Positions 28,278-36,984 of a stretch of DNA of 54,953 nt are shown here, one piece after another. The position numbers were made by a program, and so were the translations under genes. This stretch comes from an uncultured Candidatus Saccharibacteria bacterium. GTDB lineage: Bacteria > Patescibacteriota > Minisyncoccia > Phycocordibacterales > UBA6899. Each line of letters starts with the position of its first letter. Positions within the stretch are counted from its first letter, which is position 1. The notes below the pieces were generated by a model. It worked only from the letters and a program-made list of their open reading frames with translations, did no database searches and was not told the DNA's origin. The stretch is taken from NCBI GenBank assembly GCA_964622275.1, contig CAZUMX010000002.1, positions 3,247-58,199 of the forward strand, given 5' to 3'.

Positions 28278-29348
28278 ATGTCGAAGAAGTTGGAGTTGGT
28301 GCGCACGAACGTGTGGTCTGACCCGAGCGGTGTAAAGTACCGCTACTCACTCGGCCCAACGGTAGACGTGAATACGTTTATCGCCGCCAAGGCACTCGAC
28401 GAGAGTGGCAAGCCCAAGTACTGGGCACGCGAGCAAATCAGCTCGATCTGGGTCCAGAGAGACGAAGGCCAAGGGAAGTGGAAGATCTGGCAGCGTCCGC
28501 TCAAGGACGGCTGTCTCCACAGCCTCTTCATCCACACCGACCTCGGTGCGGTCCTCGTGACCCACAAGGGGAACGAGATCGAAGATCTCTGGGTCATCCA
28601 CGAGATGGTTCAGATGACCAAGACCTCGATCCCTGACCGAGCCGTGTTGAAGATCTGGCTGGAGCGGGAATACCGCTTCAATCGGTCCTTCAGCCGTGAG
28701 GAGTCCCTCGCATGGGACATCCTCATTCGTAAGGGGGCGAAGGAGGAAGCAGCCGCAGCAGCAGAAGTCGCAGCGAAGGAAGAGGCCGATCGTGCAGCTC
28801 GGCTCGAAGCCGAGAACACCGAACGGCACAGACTCCAGGAAGAGAGTCGTGCTCGAGTAGCCGCACACCAGGCGAAGATCCAGTCGATCCTCTCGCGAGA
28901 GAAGGTCATCGGGATCACGTCGGATGGCTACCGACTCGTCGCACTCCCTGTCGAAGGGAGTGAGTACGAGTCACTGCCGGATGGGACACGATGTGTGTCC
29001 GTCCAAGGTGATGACCTCGAGTTCTTCGAGGTGTCCAAGTCCCGAGGTGGACGTGTTGGCCGCAAGAACCTGCGGCAGGCGAAGAAGCTTGCACAGGTGA
29101 GTGCATCACCCATGGGCACGGTCGCTCTGGAGGTGAGGGCGAGTTCGCTCGTCGGCACGATGAGGGTCGTCCGAGGAGAGGTGGAGCAGGAAGCACCAAT
29201 CTTCACGAAGGTCGAGGAGCTGAAGGGATTCCTTAAGGAACACCCTGACCAGATTGCTGTCCATATGGATGGTGATTCGAACAAGGGACAACTCTTCAGC
29301 TTCAATCGAGGCGTGCTGGTTTCTCTCGGACATCATTCCATAGAGTAA
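28278..29348 (+). CDS. Orphan cytoplasmic protein with a central Ala/Glu/Arg coiled-coil; GC-richer than its neighbours
   Basis: 356-aa ORF. Hand counts give ~54-61% GC per 100 nt, against ~48% in typA. The lack of stops produces a stack of antisense shadow ORFs. I recognise no family. Confidence 0.65.
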   Translation: MSKKLELVRTNVWSDPSGVKYRYSLGPTVDVNTFIAAKALDESGKPKYWAREQISSIWVQRDEGQGKWKIWQRPLKDGCLHSLFIHTDLGAVLVTHKGNEIEDLWVIHEMVQMTKTSIPDRAVLKIWLEREYRFNRSFSREESLAWDILIRKGAKEEAAAAAEVAAKEEADRAARLEAENTERHRLQEESRARVAAHQAKIQSILSREKVIGITSDGYRLVALPVEGSEYESLPDGTRCVSVQGDDLEFFEVSKSRGGRVGRKNLRQAKKLAQVSASPMGTVALEVRASSLVGTMRVVRGEVEQEAPIFTKVEELKGFLKEHPDQIAVHMDGDSNKGQLFSFNRGVLVSLGHHSIE

Positions 29349-29369
29349 CCACCCCCTCTGACCAACTCA

Positions 29370-29409
29370 AGGGTCGGGAATCATCAAGATTCTCGGCCCT
29401 TTTTCTTTG
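29370..29409 (+). terminator. Rho-independent terminator of the GC-rich cassette
   Basis: AGGGTCGGGAATC-atcaa-GATTCTCGGCCCT (13 bp including two G-U pairs) followed by TTTTTCTTT. Confidence 0.7.
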
Positions 29410-29449
29410 TGGAATACGGGTTGTTTTGAGGGTACATATTTGTTAGAAT

Positions 29450-31930
29450 ATGACTATACATATGGCCAAGAAAGTAGCGGAAGAAAAGGCTCCTGATGAG
29501 AGTCGTGTGGGTGGAGTGATGCCAATGAACATTGCTGAAGAGATGCGTATCTCGTATCTCGACTATGCGATGAGTGTGATTGTCTCTCGTGCGCTTCCTG
29601 ATGTACGTGATGGTCTCAAGCCGGTGCATCGCCGCATTCTCTACTCCATGCATGAGAATGGTCTCACTGCATCATCACGATTTAAAAAATCAGCAACCGT
29701 CGTTGGTGATGTGCTCGGAAAATATCATCCACACGGTGATGCGTCAGTGTATGACGCAATGGTGAAGCTCGCACAAGATTTCTCGATGAGGTACCCCTTG
29801 ATCTCTGGTCAAGGAAACTTCGGATCCATCGACGGCGACTCTGCTGCAGCGATGCGTTATACGGAAGCAAAGATGTCGCGTCTGGCCGGAGAGCTTCTTC
29901 GTGATCTCGAGAAGGACACCGTTGATTTTCGCCCCAACTATGATGGCTCACGCAAAGAGCCAGACGTGCTCCCATCGCTCGTCCCAAATCTTCTTCTTAA
30001 TGGAACGCTAGGTATCGCTGTTGGTATGGCAACGTCCATCCCTCCTCACAATCTGGGAGAAGTGATGGACGCCACTGCGCATCTCATCGACGATCCTGAT
30101 GCCACCACCGAAGATCTCCTTCAGTATGTGCAGGGACCTGATTTTCCCACCGGAGCAGTCATCTACAATAAGAAAGAGATTGAACATGCCTATGCGACGG
30201 GGCGTGGAGGTGTGACATGTCGTGGTCAAGCAGAGATCAGCGAAGAAAAGGCCGGCCACGGAGTTATCGTGATCACCTCGCTTCCTTACCGTGTAAATAA
30301 GGCAGACCTCATCGCAAAGATCGCAGACCTTGTGCGTGAGAAAAAACTCGAGGGACTCAAGGGTATTCGCGACGAGAGTGCGAAGGGGGATATTCGCATC
30401 GTGATTGATCTTAAGACTGGAGTTCCTGGGCAGAAGGTCCTCAACTATTTGTATAAGCACACAGAGCTCGAGTCGGTTTTCCACTTCAACATGGTGGCCC
30501 TGGTGGATCAGGTCCCGCAGACGCTCTCGCTCAAGTCGATTCTCGAAGAGTTTATCAAGCATCGTAAGGTGGTGACCCGTCGCCGCACAGAGTTTGATCT
30601 TGGAAAGGCTAAAGACCGCGAGCATATCCTTCTTGGACTCAAAAAAGCCCTCGACCATATCGATGAGATCATTAAAGTCATTAAAGCTTCGAAGGACACG
30701 CCGACCGCACATGCGAATTTGATGGCGAAGTTCAAGTTCTCGGATCGACAGGCCACTGCCATCCTCGAGATGAAACTTCAAAAGCTCGCTGGACTCGAGC
30801 GCAAGAAGATCGAAGATGAGCTTCACGCCATTCAAGAACTCATTAAGGAGCTCGAATCGATACTGAAGAGTGAAAAGAAGCTCGTCGAAGTCGTAAAAAC
30901 AGAACTTAAAGAAGTTCGTGAGAAATATGGCGACGAGCGAAAGACGCGTGTGCAGAAGGGTGGAGTCAAAGAGATCTCTGACGAGGATATGATCCCCGAG
31001 AAGGAGACGGTAATCGTGCTCACCAAGGGTGGATACATCAAGCGCACAGACCCATCTGAATATCGTGTTCAAAAGCGTGGTGGTGTGGGTGTTGTCGACC
31101 TTGATACCAAAGACGAAGACTATGTACGAATCTTTGTGTCGACCAATACCCACAACGACCTTCTCTTCTTTACCGACAAAGGTAAGGCATATCAGATCAA
31201 GACCTACGAACTTCCAGAGGGGAAGCGCGCGACGAAGGGTAAGTCCATCATGAATTATCTTTCACTCTCTGGCGATGAGACCGTGACCTCTATTCTTTCC
31301 ATGCCAAAAGAAATGAAGAAAGCAGAAAAACTCTCGCTCTTTTTTGTCACCCAGAAAGGTGTGGCAAAGAAAACCGCAGCGGATAGTTTCAAAGACGTGC
31401 GTCGCTCTGGACTCATTGCAATCAAACTTCAAGGAGGAGACGAGCTTCTTGCCGCACGATTTGTCGAGGATGGTGACGAAATCATGCTGGTATCAGAAAA
31501 GGGTCAATCCATTCGCTTTAAGCACACAGATATACGCGAGATGGGCCGCGGTGCGGGCGGTGTGCGCGGAATGAATTTGAAAGGCGACAAACTTGTTGCA
31601 GCTGATGTGGTGAAGAAATCCTATGAAAAGCCAGAGATCCTCGTCGTGTCCGAGCAGGGACTCGGAAAGATGACGGTGCTCAAAGAATATAAAGTCCAGA
31701 AGCGTGGTGGGAGCGGGATTAAGACCTTCAAAGTGACTCCAAAGACTGGAAAGCTTGTAGGCGCAATGGTGGTGACTGACAAAGAGGCGGAGCTTGTTGC
31801 TATTTCCAAGCAGTCGCAGGTCATCCGCCTCTCACTTGCGGAAGTTCCGTCACTCGGACGGCAGACTCAGGGGGTGCGTATTATGCGACCGAGAGCTGGA
31901 GATTCGGTGGCTTCGTTAGTTATTCTTTAG
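29450..31930 (+). CDS. gyrA: DNA gyrase subunit A
   Basis: It has [26 protein letters not shown] and the active-site region AAMRYTE, followed by C-terminal beta-pinwheel repeats. The second ATG (29462, MAKKV) is a possible true start because a TGnTAGAAT element sits at 29441-29449. Confidence 0.93.
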   Translation: MTIHMAKKVAEEKAPDESRVGGVMPMNIAEEMRISYLDYAMSVIVSRALPDVRDGLKPVHRRILYSMHENGLTASSRFKKSATVVGDVLGKYHPHGDASVYDAMVKLAQDFSMRYPLISGQGNFGSIDGDSAAAMRYTEAKMSRLAGELLRDLEKDTVDFRPNYDGSRKEPDVLPSLVPNLLLNGTLGIAVGMATSIPPHNLGEVMDATAHLIDDPDATTEDLLQYVQGPDFPTGAVIYNKKEIEHAYATGRGGVTCRGQAEISEEKAGHGVIVITSLPYRVNKADLIAKIADLVREKKLEGLKGIRDESAKGDIRIVIDLKTGVPGQKVLNYLYKHTELESVFHFNMVALVDQVPQTLSLKSILEEFIKHRKVVTRRRTEFDLGKAKDREHILLGLKKALDHIDEIIKVIKASKDTPTAHANLMAKFKFSDRQATAILEMKLQKLAGLERKKIEDELHAIQELIKELESILKSEKKLVEVVKTELKEVREKYGDERKTRVQKGGVKEISDEDMIPEKETVIVLTKGGYIKRTDPSEYRVQKRGGVGVVDLDTKDEDYVRIFVSTNTHNDLLFFTDKGKAYQIKTYELPEGKRATKGKSIMNYLSLSGDETVTSILSMPKEMKKAEKLSLFFVTQKGVAKKTAADSFKDVRRSGLIAIKLQGGDELLAARFVEDGDEIMLVSEKGQSIRFKHTDIREMGRGAGGVRGMNLKGDKLVAADVVKKSYEKPEILVVSEQGLGKMTVLKEYKVQKRGGSGIKTFKVTPKTGKLVGAMVVTDKEAELVAISKQSQVIRLSLAEVPSLGRQTQGVRIMRPRAGDSVASLVIL

Positions 31931-32260
31931 TTATCGCAGCGGGTAATTTTCGCACACTACTCGGTGCGGGGCTGCGCAACCCCATCACCGTACATGAGTA
32001 CGGCTCCGGGGTATGCTCGCCTCCGACACCTTCGTATTGCATCGAAAATTCCACCACTGCGACTTCGTGGTGGTAATACCTCGGACATCTCGAACTGTAT
32101 CCAATTTTGAAAGCCCTTTTACTGTGGTGTTGTCACGAAAATTCCACCACTGCGATCTCGCTGCCTAAGCCATCGCACTGCATCCGAAATCCCATCCTTG
32201 CAACCGACGTGCGGAAATGCTCTGGCACCTCGAACTGTATATGACTGCGCTTCTGTGGTA
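31931..32260. other. ORF-free, GC-rich, highly structured region with repeated 20-mer and 12-mer motifs (candidate ncRNA or MITE-like remnant)
   Basis: The identical 20-mer cgaaaattccaccactgcga occurs at 32043-32062 and 32136-32155. An inverted relative, tcgcagcgggtaattttcg, lies at 31934-31952. The 12-mer ctcgaactgtat occurs at 32089-32100 and 32229-32240. Hairpins lie at 31962-31990, 31988-32003 and 32051-32073. Confidence 0.4.
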
Positions 32261-32261
32261 A

Positions 32262-32304
32262 TCAAAATAAATAACCGCCGGGACCTTTTCGGATTCCGGC
32301 GGTT
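32262..32304 (-). terminator. Rho-independent terminator for the 81-aa minus-strand gene
   Basis: AACCGCCGG...CCGGCGGTT stem. On the minus strand it is followed by TTATTTATTTT. Confidence 0.6.
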
Positions 32305-32319
32305 CGGGTTGCCTTCGCT

Positions 32320-32565
32320 CTACTTCAAGAGCTCAGGAGGAATTTTATCGCATGGGACATGGGCAAAAGCCTGTCTTCTACTACGATCCGTGCCCACCGC
32401 AAAGCAAAGATCGTTTCGCGGGTCCTTCGCGTAGACGATCTGATCGATAATTTCTTGGCTACGAATTCGTCTTTCCTTGTCTGTTGGACTGCGAAAAATC
32501 AAAAAAACAGTAATCAGTATGGCGATGACGAAACAGAGCGCCCCCAATAATGAGTCTCTGTCCAT
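32320..32565 (-). CDS. Small hypothetical membrane protein
   Basis: 81-aa ORF with one TM helix (LLGALCFVIAILITVFLIF) and its own terminator. Confidence 0.4.
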   Translation of the reverse strand: MDRDSLLGALCFVIAILITVFLIFRSPTDKERRIRSQEIIDQIVYAKDPRNDLCFAVGTDRSRRQAFAHVPCDKIPPELLK

Positions 32566-32681
32566 AAATCTCCTCCTCAGTTGTGAAGGTGCAGTACAGA
32601 AATATTATATACTTTTTACTGCATATTGTCAAGACTGGAAAACGTCCCAAAATTCTCGTGTTTCCTTGATACAATAGACTC

Positions 32682-33212
32682 ATGTTTGTTCAGCCATCTG
32701 ATGTGGTTTCTTCGCTTAATCTCATTCCAGGGTCCATGGTTGCGGATTTTGGGTCGGGAACAGGGGCGTATACGCTTGCAGCCGCAAAAGCCCTCGGAGC
32801 TTCTGGGAGAGTCTATGGTATTGATGTGCAAAAGACTCTTCTTGCTCGACTGAAGTCTACCGCAACAAGTGAGGGGCTCAGTAATGTCGATGTGATTTGG
32901 GGTGATTGCGAAAAGATTGGAGGCACAACCCTTCGAGATCAGTCGATGGACCTCGCTATTGTCGCGAACATTCTTTTTCAAGCCCCAGACAAGCAGGCGC
33001 TTCTCAAAGAAGCCAAGCGTGTGCTGCGACCAGGAGGGCGAGGGAAAATGCTGCTTATTGATTGGGCGGGATCATTTAAAAACCTGGGGCCAACGCGCGA
33101 CCATGTGATCACAGAAATCGAAGCACGAAAGCTCGCCGAGGGCATGGGGTTTATTTTTGAACGCACGGTTCCTGCAGGATCGCACCATTATGGACTACTC
33201 TTTCACACCTAA
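32682..33212 (+). CDS. Class I SAM-dependent methyltransferase (small, UbiE/COQ5-like)
   Basis: Motif I is VADFGSGTGAYTLAAA and the post-I/II region is VYGIDV. TGATACAAT (32667-32675) ends 6 nt before the ATG. Confidence 0.75.
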   Translation: MFVQPSDVVSSLNLIPGSMVADFGSGTGAYTLAAAKALGASGRVYGIDVQKTLLARLKSTATSEGLSNVDVIWGDCEKIGGTTLRDQSMDLAIVANILFQAPDKQALLKEAKRVLRPGGRGKMLLIDWAGSFKNLGPTRDHVITEIEARKLAEGMGFIFERTVPAGSHHYGLLFHT

Positions 33213-33215
33213 CCT

Positions 33216-34544
33216 ATGAGCGTCGAAAAGAAAAAAATGAAGCCGTTTCAGCTTGCGATTTTTATCATCGCTATTGTCATTGCTGTCGTTGCTGTTGGAG
33301 TCTTTTCAAAATCAGATCGTTCACAACAAAAGCAGGGGAGTGGTGAGGTGAATTATGGTGCAGTAAGCGTTTGGGGGACGGTCCCAAATAATCAAGAGGT
33401 GGCGAAGATTTTTAAGGAATTTAATTCTACATATACCGATCAGGTTTTTGCTTCCTACGTATATGTTCCGCCTGAGGATTTAGAGCAAAAATTACTCGAA
33501 GCACTCAGTAATGAGCAGGGGCCAGATGTACTTATTTTGCCGCTCGAATGGCTTCAAAAAAACATTCTCCGTATTGTTCCTATTGGCTATGATCCGCAAA
33601 AAGGAGGAATCAGCCAGAGAGAATTCAAAGACACGTTTACTCAAGCAGGAGAAGTATTTCTCTATCCTGAAGGCATTATGGCCCTCCCACTTGCGATTGA
33701 TCCGTTGGTGATGTATTGGAATCGTGATCTGTTCTCAAATGCAGGAATTGTCACCCCGCCAACTACATGGAAAGAAGTCCTCACGCTCACAAAAACGCTC
33801 ACAAAGAAAAAAAATCTCGATATTACTCAAGGTGCGATAGCTCTTGGTGAATATGAAAACGTGGTTCACGCAAAAGATATTTTGTCGCTGATGTTTCTTC
33901 AAGTGGGAGTTCCCATCACACAGATAGGTTCTGGGGGAAAACTTTTGAGCACGCTGGGAACATATCCCGCTGTCGCTCAAGCCGTAAGATTTTATACAGA
34001 TTTTTCAAATCCGCTGAAGAGTAGTTATTCTTGGAATCGTTCCCTCCCTTCATCGCAAGAAATGTTCTTGAGTGGAGATCTTGCGATGTACGTTGATTTT
34101 GCAAGTGTGAACAAGACACTCCTCACCAAAAATCCACGCCTCAATTTTGATCTCGCCCCAGTCCCACAAACAGAAGGGCAAGAAACTTTTGTGACATACG
34201 GCAAGATTCACGGAATTGCCGTGCTCAAAAGAGGAAAGAATACCCCTGGAGGTGTGGCCTTCTCAAAATTATTTGCAGGGAAGAAGTATGCTGATGTGTT
34301 TGCAAAAGCAGCGGGGCTAGCGCCAATGCGACGAGACCTTCTTTCTGTTCCTCAGTCGGACGCATTTACTTCCATTTTGTACAGCGCTTCGCTTCGAGCG
34401 AGAAGCTGGATTGACCCGCAACCCATTCAGACTGACTCAATTTTTGCGAGGATGATTAACAGCGTTCTCTCTGGAGAAAATACACCTGATATTGCGGTGA
34501 CCAAAGCCGATCTTGAAATTAATTCTCTCTTGCAACCTAAGTAA
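33216..34544 (+). CDS. Membrane-anchored extracellular solute-binding protein (family 1-like), orphan
   Basis: An N-terminal TM helix (FQLAIFIIAIVIAVVAVGVF) is followed by a MalE-like layout. No permease or ATPase gene is nearby. The gene starts 3 nt after the methyltransferase and ends 7 nt before pilin 1. Confidence 0.6.
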   Translation: MSVEKKKMKPFQLAIFIIAIVIAVVAVGVFSKSDRSQQKQGSGEVNYGAVSVWGTVPNNQEVAKIFKEFNSTYTDQVFASYVYVPPEDLEQKLLEALSNEQGPDVLILPLEWLQKNILRIVPIGYDPQKGGISQREFKDTFTQAGEVFLYPEGIMALPLAIDPLVMYWNRDLFSNAGIVTPPTTWKEVLTLTKTLTKKKNLDITQGAIALGEYENVVHAKDILSLMFLQVGVPITQIGSGGKLLSTLGTYPAVAQAVRFYTDFSNPLKSSYSWNRSLPSSQEMFLSGDLAMYVDFASVNKTLLTKNPRLNFDLAPVPQTEGQETFVTYGKIHGIAVLKRGKNTPGGVAFSKLFAGKKYADVFAKAAGLAPMRRDLLSVPQSDAFTSILYSASLRARSWIDPQPIQTDSIFARMINSVLSGENTPDIAVTKADLEINSLLQPK

Positions 34545-34551
34545 TGTCTCT

Positions 34552-34968
34552 ATGAGGTCTTTGATGAAATCTTCAGTTGTATTTCTCGCACTGTTCGCAG
34601 TCAGTATGCTTCCTCTTGTCGCATTTGGACAGGGACTTGTTCCGTGTGATGGAACTCGGGTAAACCCTTGTACCTTTGAGATGTTTATTACGCTAATCCA
34701 GAATGTTCTCAAGTATCTGATTTACACCATTGCAACCCCAATTGCGGCTATTATGTTTGCTTATGCGGGCTATCTATACATGACAGCTGGTGATGAAATG
34801 GGGAATATCAAGAAAGCTCATGATATCTTTATCTCAGTGTTGTGGGGATTTGGTGTGATGCTTATTGCGTGGGCATTAGTATGGTTCATTATTACGTTCT
34901 TCACTGGTGATAATAGTGAATACAATCTGCTCCAAGCTCCGAATGCAGCGGCACAAGCTCAACCATAA
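34552..34968 (+). CDS. TrbC/VirB2-like T4SS-pilin-family protein, paralog 1 (subfamily A)
   Basis: The signal peptide ends LVAFG|QG. The mature part carries GLVPCDGTRVNPC, two TM helices and the loop motif YAGYLYMTAGDE. I moved the start to ATG 34552, downstream of the SBP stop. Confidence 0.7.
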   Translation: MRSLMKSSVVFLALFAVSMLPLVAFGQGLVPCDGTRVNPCTFEMFITLIQNVLKYLIYTIATPIAAIMFAYAGYLYMTAGDEMGNIKKAHDIFISVLWGFGVMLIAWALVWFIITFFTGDNSEYNLLQAPNAAAQAQP

Positions 34969-34974
34969 AGACGT

Positions 34975-35340
34975 ATGTATACATTCATCGATTACTTCCG
35001 CATGTTCCGTCTGTTTTGGGTGAGTATGCTCATGTGTGTTGGTCGCATGGCAATCGCTCAGGGAACATACCCGAACCCTCTTCAGAATATTGGTGTCACA
35101 ACACTCCCACAGTTTTTTGCTAAAGTTCTCGATGGGTTTTCGCTCCTCCTGATGCCGCTCGTAGTGATCTTTATTATTTATGCAGGATATCTTTTTGTGA
35201 CAGCACAAGGAGAGGAGAGTCGCATTCAAAAAGCACGTACCGCACTCTGGTGGACAATTATAGGGACGGGGGTCATTATCGGAGCAAGACTCATGGCGAA
35301 TATTTTGAGCGACACCCTCTCCCAGCTAAACCAAGTATGA
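34975..35340 (+). CDS. T4SS-pilin-family protein, paralog 2 (subfamily A)
   Basis: The signal peptide ends MAIA|QG, with motif YAGYLFVTAQGEE between two TM helices. Confidence 0.65.
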   Translation: MYTFIDYFRMFRLFWVSMLMCVGRMAIAQGTYPNPLQNIGVTTLPQFFAKVLDGFSLLLMPLVVIFIIYAGYLFVTAQGEESRIQKARTALWWTIIGTGVIIGARLMANILSDTLSQLNQV

Positions 35341-35684
35341 TCATGCGCATTCTTTCAAGTATTCTGGTGGCATCTGCTCCATTTGTGGCGTGGGCGCAAA
35401 ATTACGATGGACCACGACTTGGAAATCCTGTCGCTCGCATTATGCAGCCAGGGAATCTCATTGATCTCTTGATCACGATTATCCAATTCCTTGGTGGCCC
35501 CATTGTTGTCCTTGGAATTATTTATGCCGGATACAACCTCGTGACTGCTCAGGGAGAAGAGCGCAAGCTCGACACAGGGAAGAGGGCGCTCCTTTGGGTG
35601 ATTGTGGGGGCGGCGATCATTCTTGGAGCGACGATTATCAAGAATATTGTCGGCAATACGTTTACAGACATTTTTGGCGCTTAA
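35337..35684 (+). CDS. T4SS-pilin-family protein, paralog 3 (subfamily A)
   Basis: The start ATG overlaps the paralog 2 stop (ATGA). The signal peptide ends FVAWA|QN, with motif YAGYNLVTAQGEE. Confidence 0.65.
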   Translation: MIMRILSSILVASAPFVAWAQNYDGPRLGNPVARIMQPGNLIDLLITIIQFLGGPIVVLGIIYAGYNLVTAQGEERKLDTGKRALLWVIVGAAIILGATIIKNIVGNTFTDIFGA

Positions 35685-35699
35685 CGATATACTGTATTT

Positions 35700-36065
35700 A
35701 TGATGACTCGATTTCGGACTTTCTTCTACACTCTTTCTGCTCTAGTCGCCCCTCACCTGGCTTTTGCGCAGGTTCCGCCAACTGATTTCAGAGGGGTTGT
35801 CGAGCTGGTATTAAAGTTTCTTCAATGGATCACCGCACTCGCATGGATGCTCCTTTTTATGTCTTTTGTCTATACGGTCATTAAATTTCTTCTAAATTTT
35901 GATGACGAACGAGCACGCGAGGAAGGGAAGCGTTCCATGGTCTTTTCGCTTGTTGCGACAGCAGCGGTCTTTATGGTGTGGGGGATTATTTCTTTCCTCA
36001 CTCGATCTGTGTTTGGTCTTGGGGGATTTGGAATCCCTGTGTTAACTCCGCCTACAAACCCATGA
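35700..36065 (+). CDS. T4SS-pilin-family protein, paralog 4 (subfamily B)
   Basis: The signal peptide ends HLAFA|QV, with motif KFLLNFDDERAREEGKRSMVF...VWGIISF. Confidence 0.65.
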   Translation: MMTRFRTFFYTLSALVAPHLAFAQVPPTDFRGVVELVLKFLQWITALAWMLLFMSFVYTVIKFLLNFDDERAREEGKRSMVFSLVATAAVFMVWGIISFLTRSVFGLGGFGIPVLTPPTNP

Positions 36066-36430
36066 TACATCGAACTCTCATTCTTGCTGTTCTGTTACTG
36101 ATCGCTTTTCCTGCTTTTGCTCAGGCTCCTACTGATGTTTTTGGACTTCTCTCTCTTGTGATGCGGTGGGTAAGCAGTATTTTCCCCGTCCTCATTGGAT
36201 GTATCGTTGTTGTTATTTTTTGGAACCTTTCGCAATTTGTGCTCCACGCAGACGACGAAAGAGAACGATCAAAATACAAGCAGTTTATGATTTGGAGCGT
36301 GGTTGGCATGTTCCTTATTTTGTCATTTTGGGGAATTGTCTACGCTATTACAAATTCATTTTTCGGATCGACGGGGAACCCTCTCCTCGAGAATCCAAGA
36401 TATATGGATAAAAATGGCCGTATTTTCTAA
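36062..36430 (+). CDS. T4SS-pilin-family protein, paralog 5 (subfamily B)
   Basis: The start overlaps the paralog 4 stop (ATGA). The signal peptide ends FPAFA|QA, with motif QFVLHADDERERSKYKQFMIW...SFWGIVY. Confidence 0.65.
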   Translation: MIHRTLILAVLLLIAFPAFAQAPTDVFGLLSLVMRWVSSIFPVLIGCIVVVIFWNLSQFVLHADDERERSKYKQFMIWSVVGMFLILSFWGIVYAITNSFFGSTGNPLLENPRYMDKNGRIF

Positions 36431-36446
36431 TCAATCAAATATCTTT

Positions 36447-36785
36447 ATGACGAGATTCTTCTTAATAATTTTAACCCTATTCGTTCCTGTTACCGTCTTT
36501 GCTCAGACACAAATACCACCACGACTCATCACGTTGATGGGGAATATCTACAATGTGATCCTCAACCCAATCATCGCACTTCTTTTCGGTCTTTCATTTG
36601 CGTACTTTATCTGGGGTGTGGTCAAGTTTGTTTGGTATGGTGAAGAAGAGTCTATGAGGAGCGAAGGGAAAAGGTCCATTGTTTGGGGCATAATAGGGAT
36701 GTTTATCATGTTTAGTGTTTTTGGGATATTACGCCTGATTATTGGCACTATTGGGGAAAATCCGAGTGTTTTGTCTGGTGTCTAA
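36447..36785 (+). CDS. T4SS-pilin-family protein, paralog 6 (subfamily B)
   Basis: The signal peptide ends VTVFA|QT, with motif KFVWYGEEESMRSEGKRSIVW...SVFGILR. The start is taken at ATG 36447. Confidence 0.65.
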   Translation: MTRFFLIILTLFVPVTVFAQTQIPPRLITLMGNIYNVILNPIIALLFGLSFAYFIWGVVKFVWYGEEESMRSEGKRSIVWGIIGMFIMFSVFGILRLIIGTIGENPSVLSGV

Positions 36786-36794
36786 AAAATAGAA

Positions 36795-36816
36795 ATATGG
36801 CTCTATAAAGCCATAT
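36795..36816 (+). terminator. Weak hairpin after pilin paralog 6
   Basis: ATATGGCT-ctataa-AGCCATAT, with only a partial T-rich tail. Confidence 0.3.
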
Positions 36817-36984
36817 AATCAATTTTCCATCTTTTCTTTGTGTGGATAACCCTTGCTTTATAAAAGAGAACAAGGATAGAATAGATAGGTACATTAACAT
36901 AAGGTCGATAGACGGGTATCCTGTCTTTTAGGCATTATATTACAACATATTATTAATATTTTTTTTGGGAAATCTTCATTTTGT

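Noticed and set aside
28343-29336. Stack of six overlapping minus-strand ORFs (75-173 aa) within the GC-rich orphan gene
   Set aside because: They are a by-product of GC-rich codon bias, which leaves few stops in any frame. Only the plus-strand 356-aa frame has a promoter, a ribosome-binding site and a terminator.
30008-31153. 381-aa ORF antisense to gyrA
   Set aside because: It lies entirely inside the clearly conserved gyrA frame and has low-complexity, Leu/Arg/Phe-rich content typical of a shadow ORF. It has no independent start context.
31931-32260. Possible CRISPR array or oriC next to gyrA
   Set aside because: Only two exact repeats and one degenerate copy are present, at irregular spacing (93 and ~47 nt), and no cas genes occur in the window. 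There is no AT-rich unwinding element and no clear TTATCCACA-type DnaA boxes; the best matches have three or more mismatches.
35337-36065. Alternative genetic code (UGA recoding), as in some CPR lineages
   Set aside because: TGA terminates pilin paralogs 2 and 4 exactly at ATGA junctions with the next gene. All conserved housekeeping genes are intact under the standard code.
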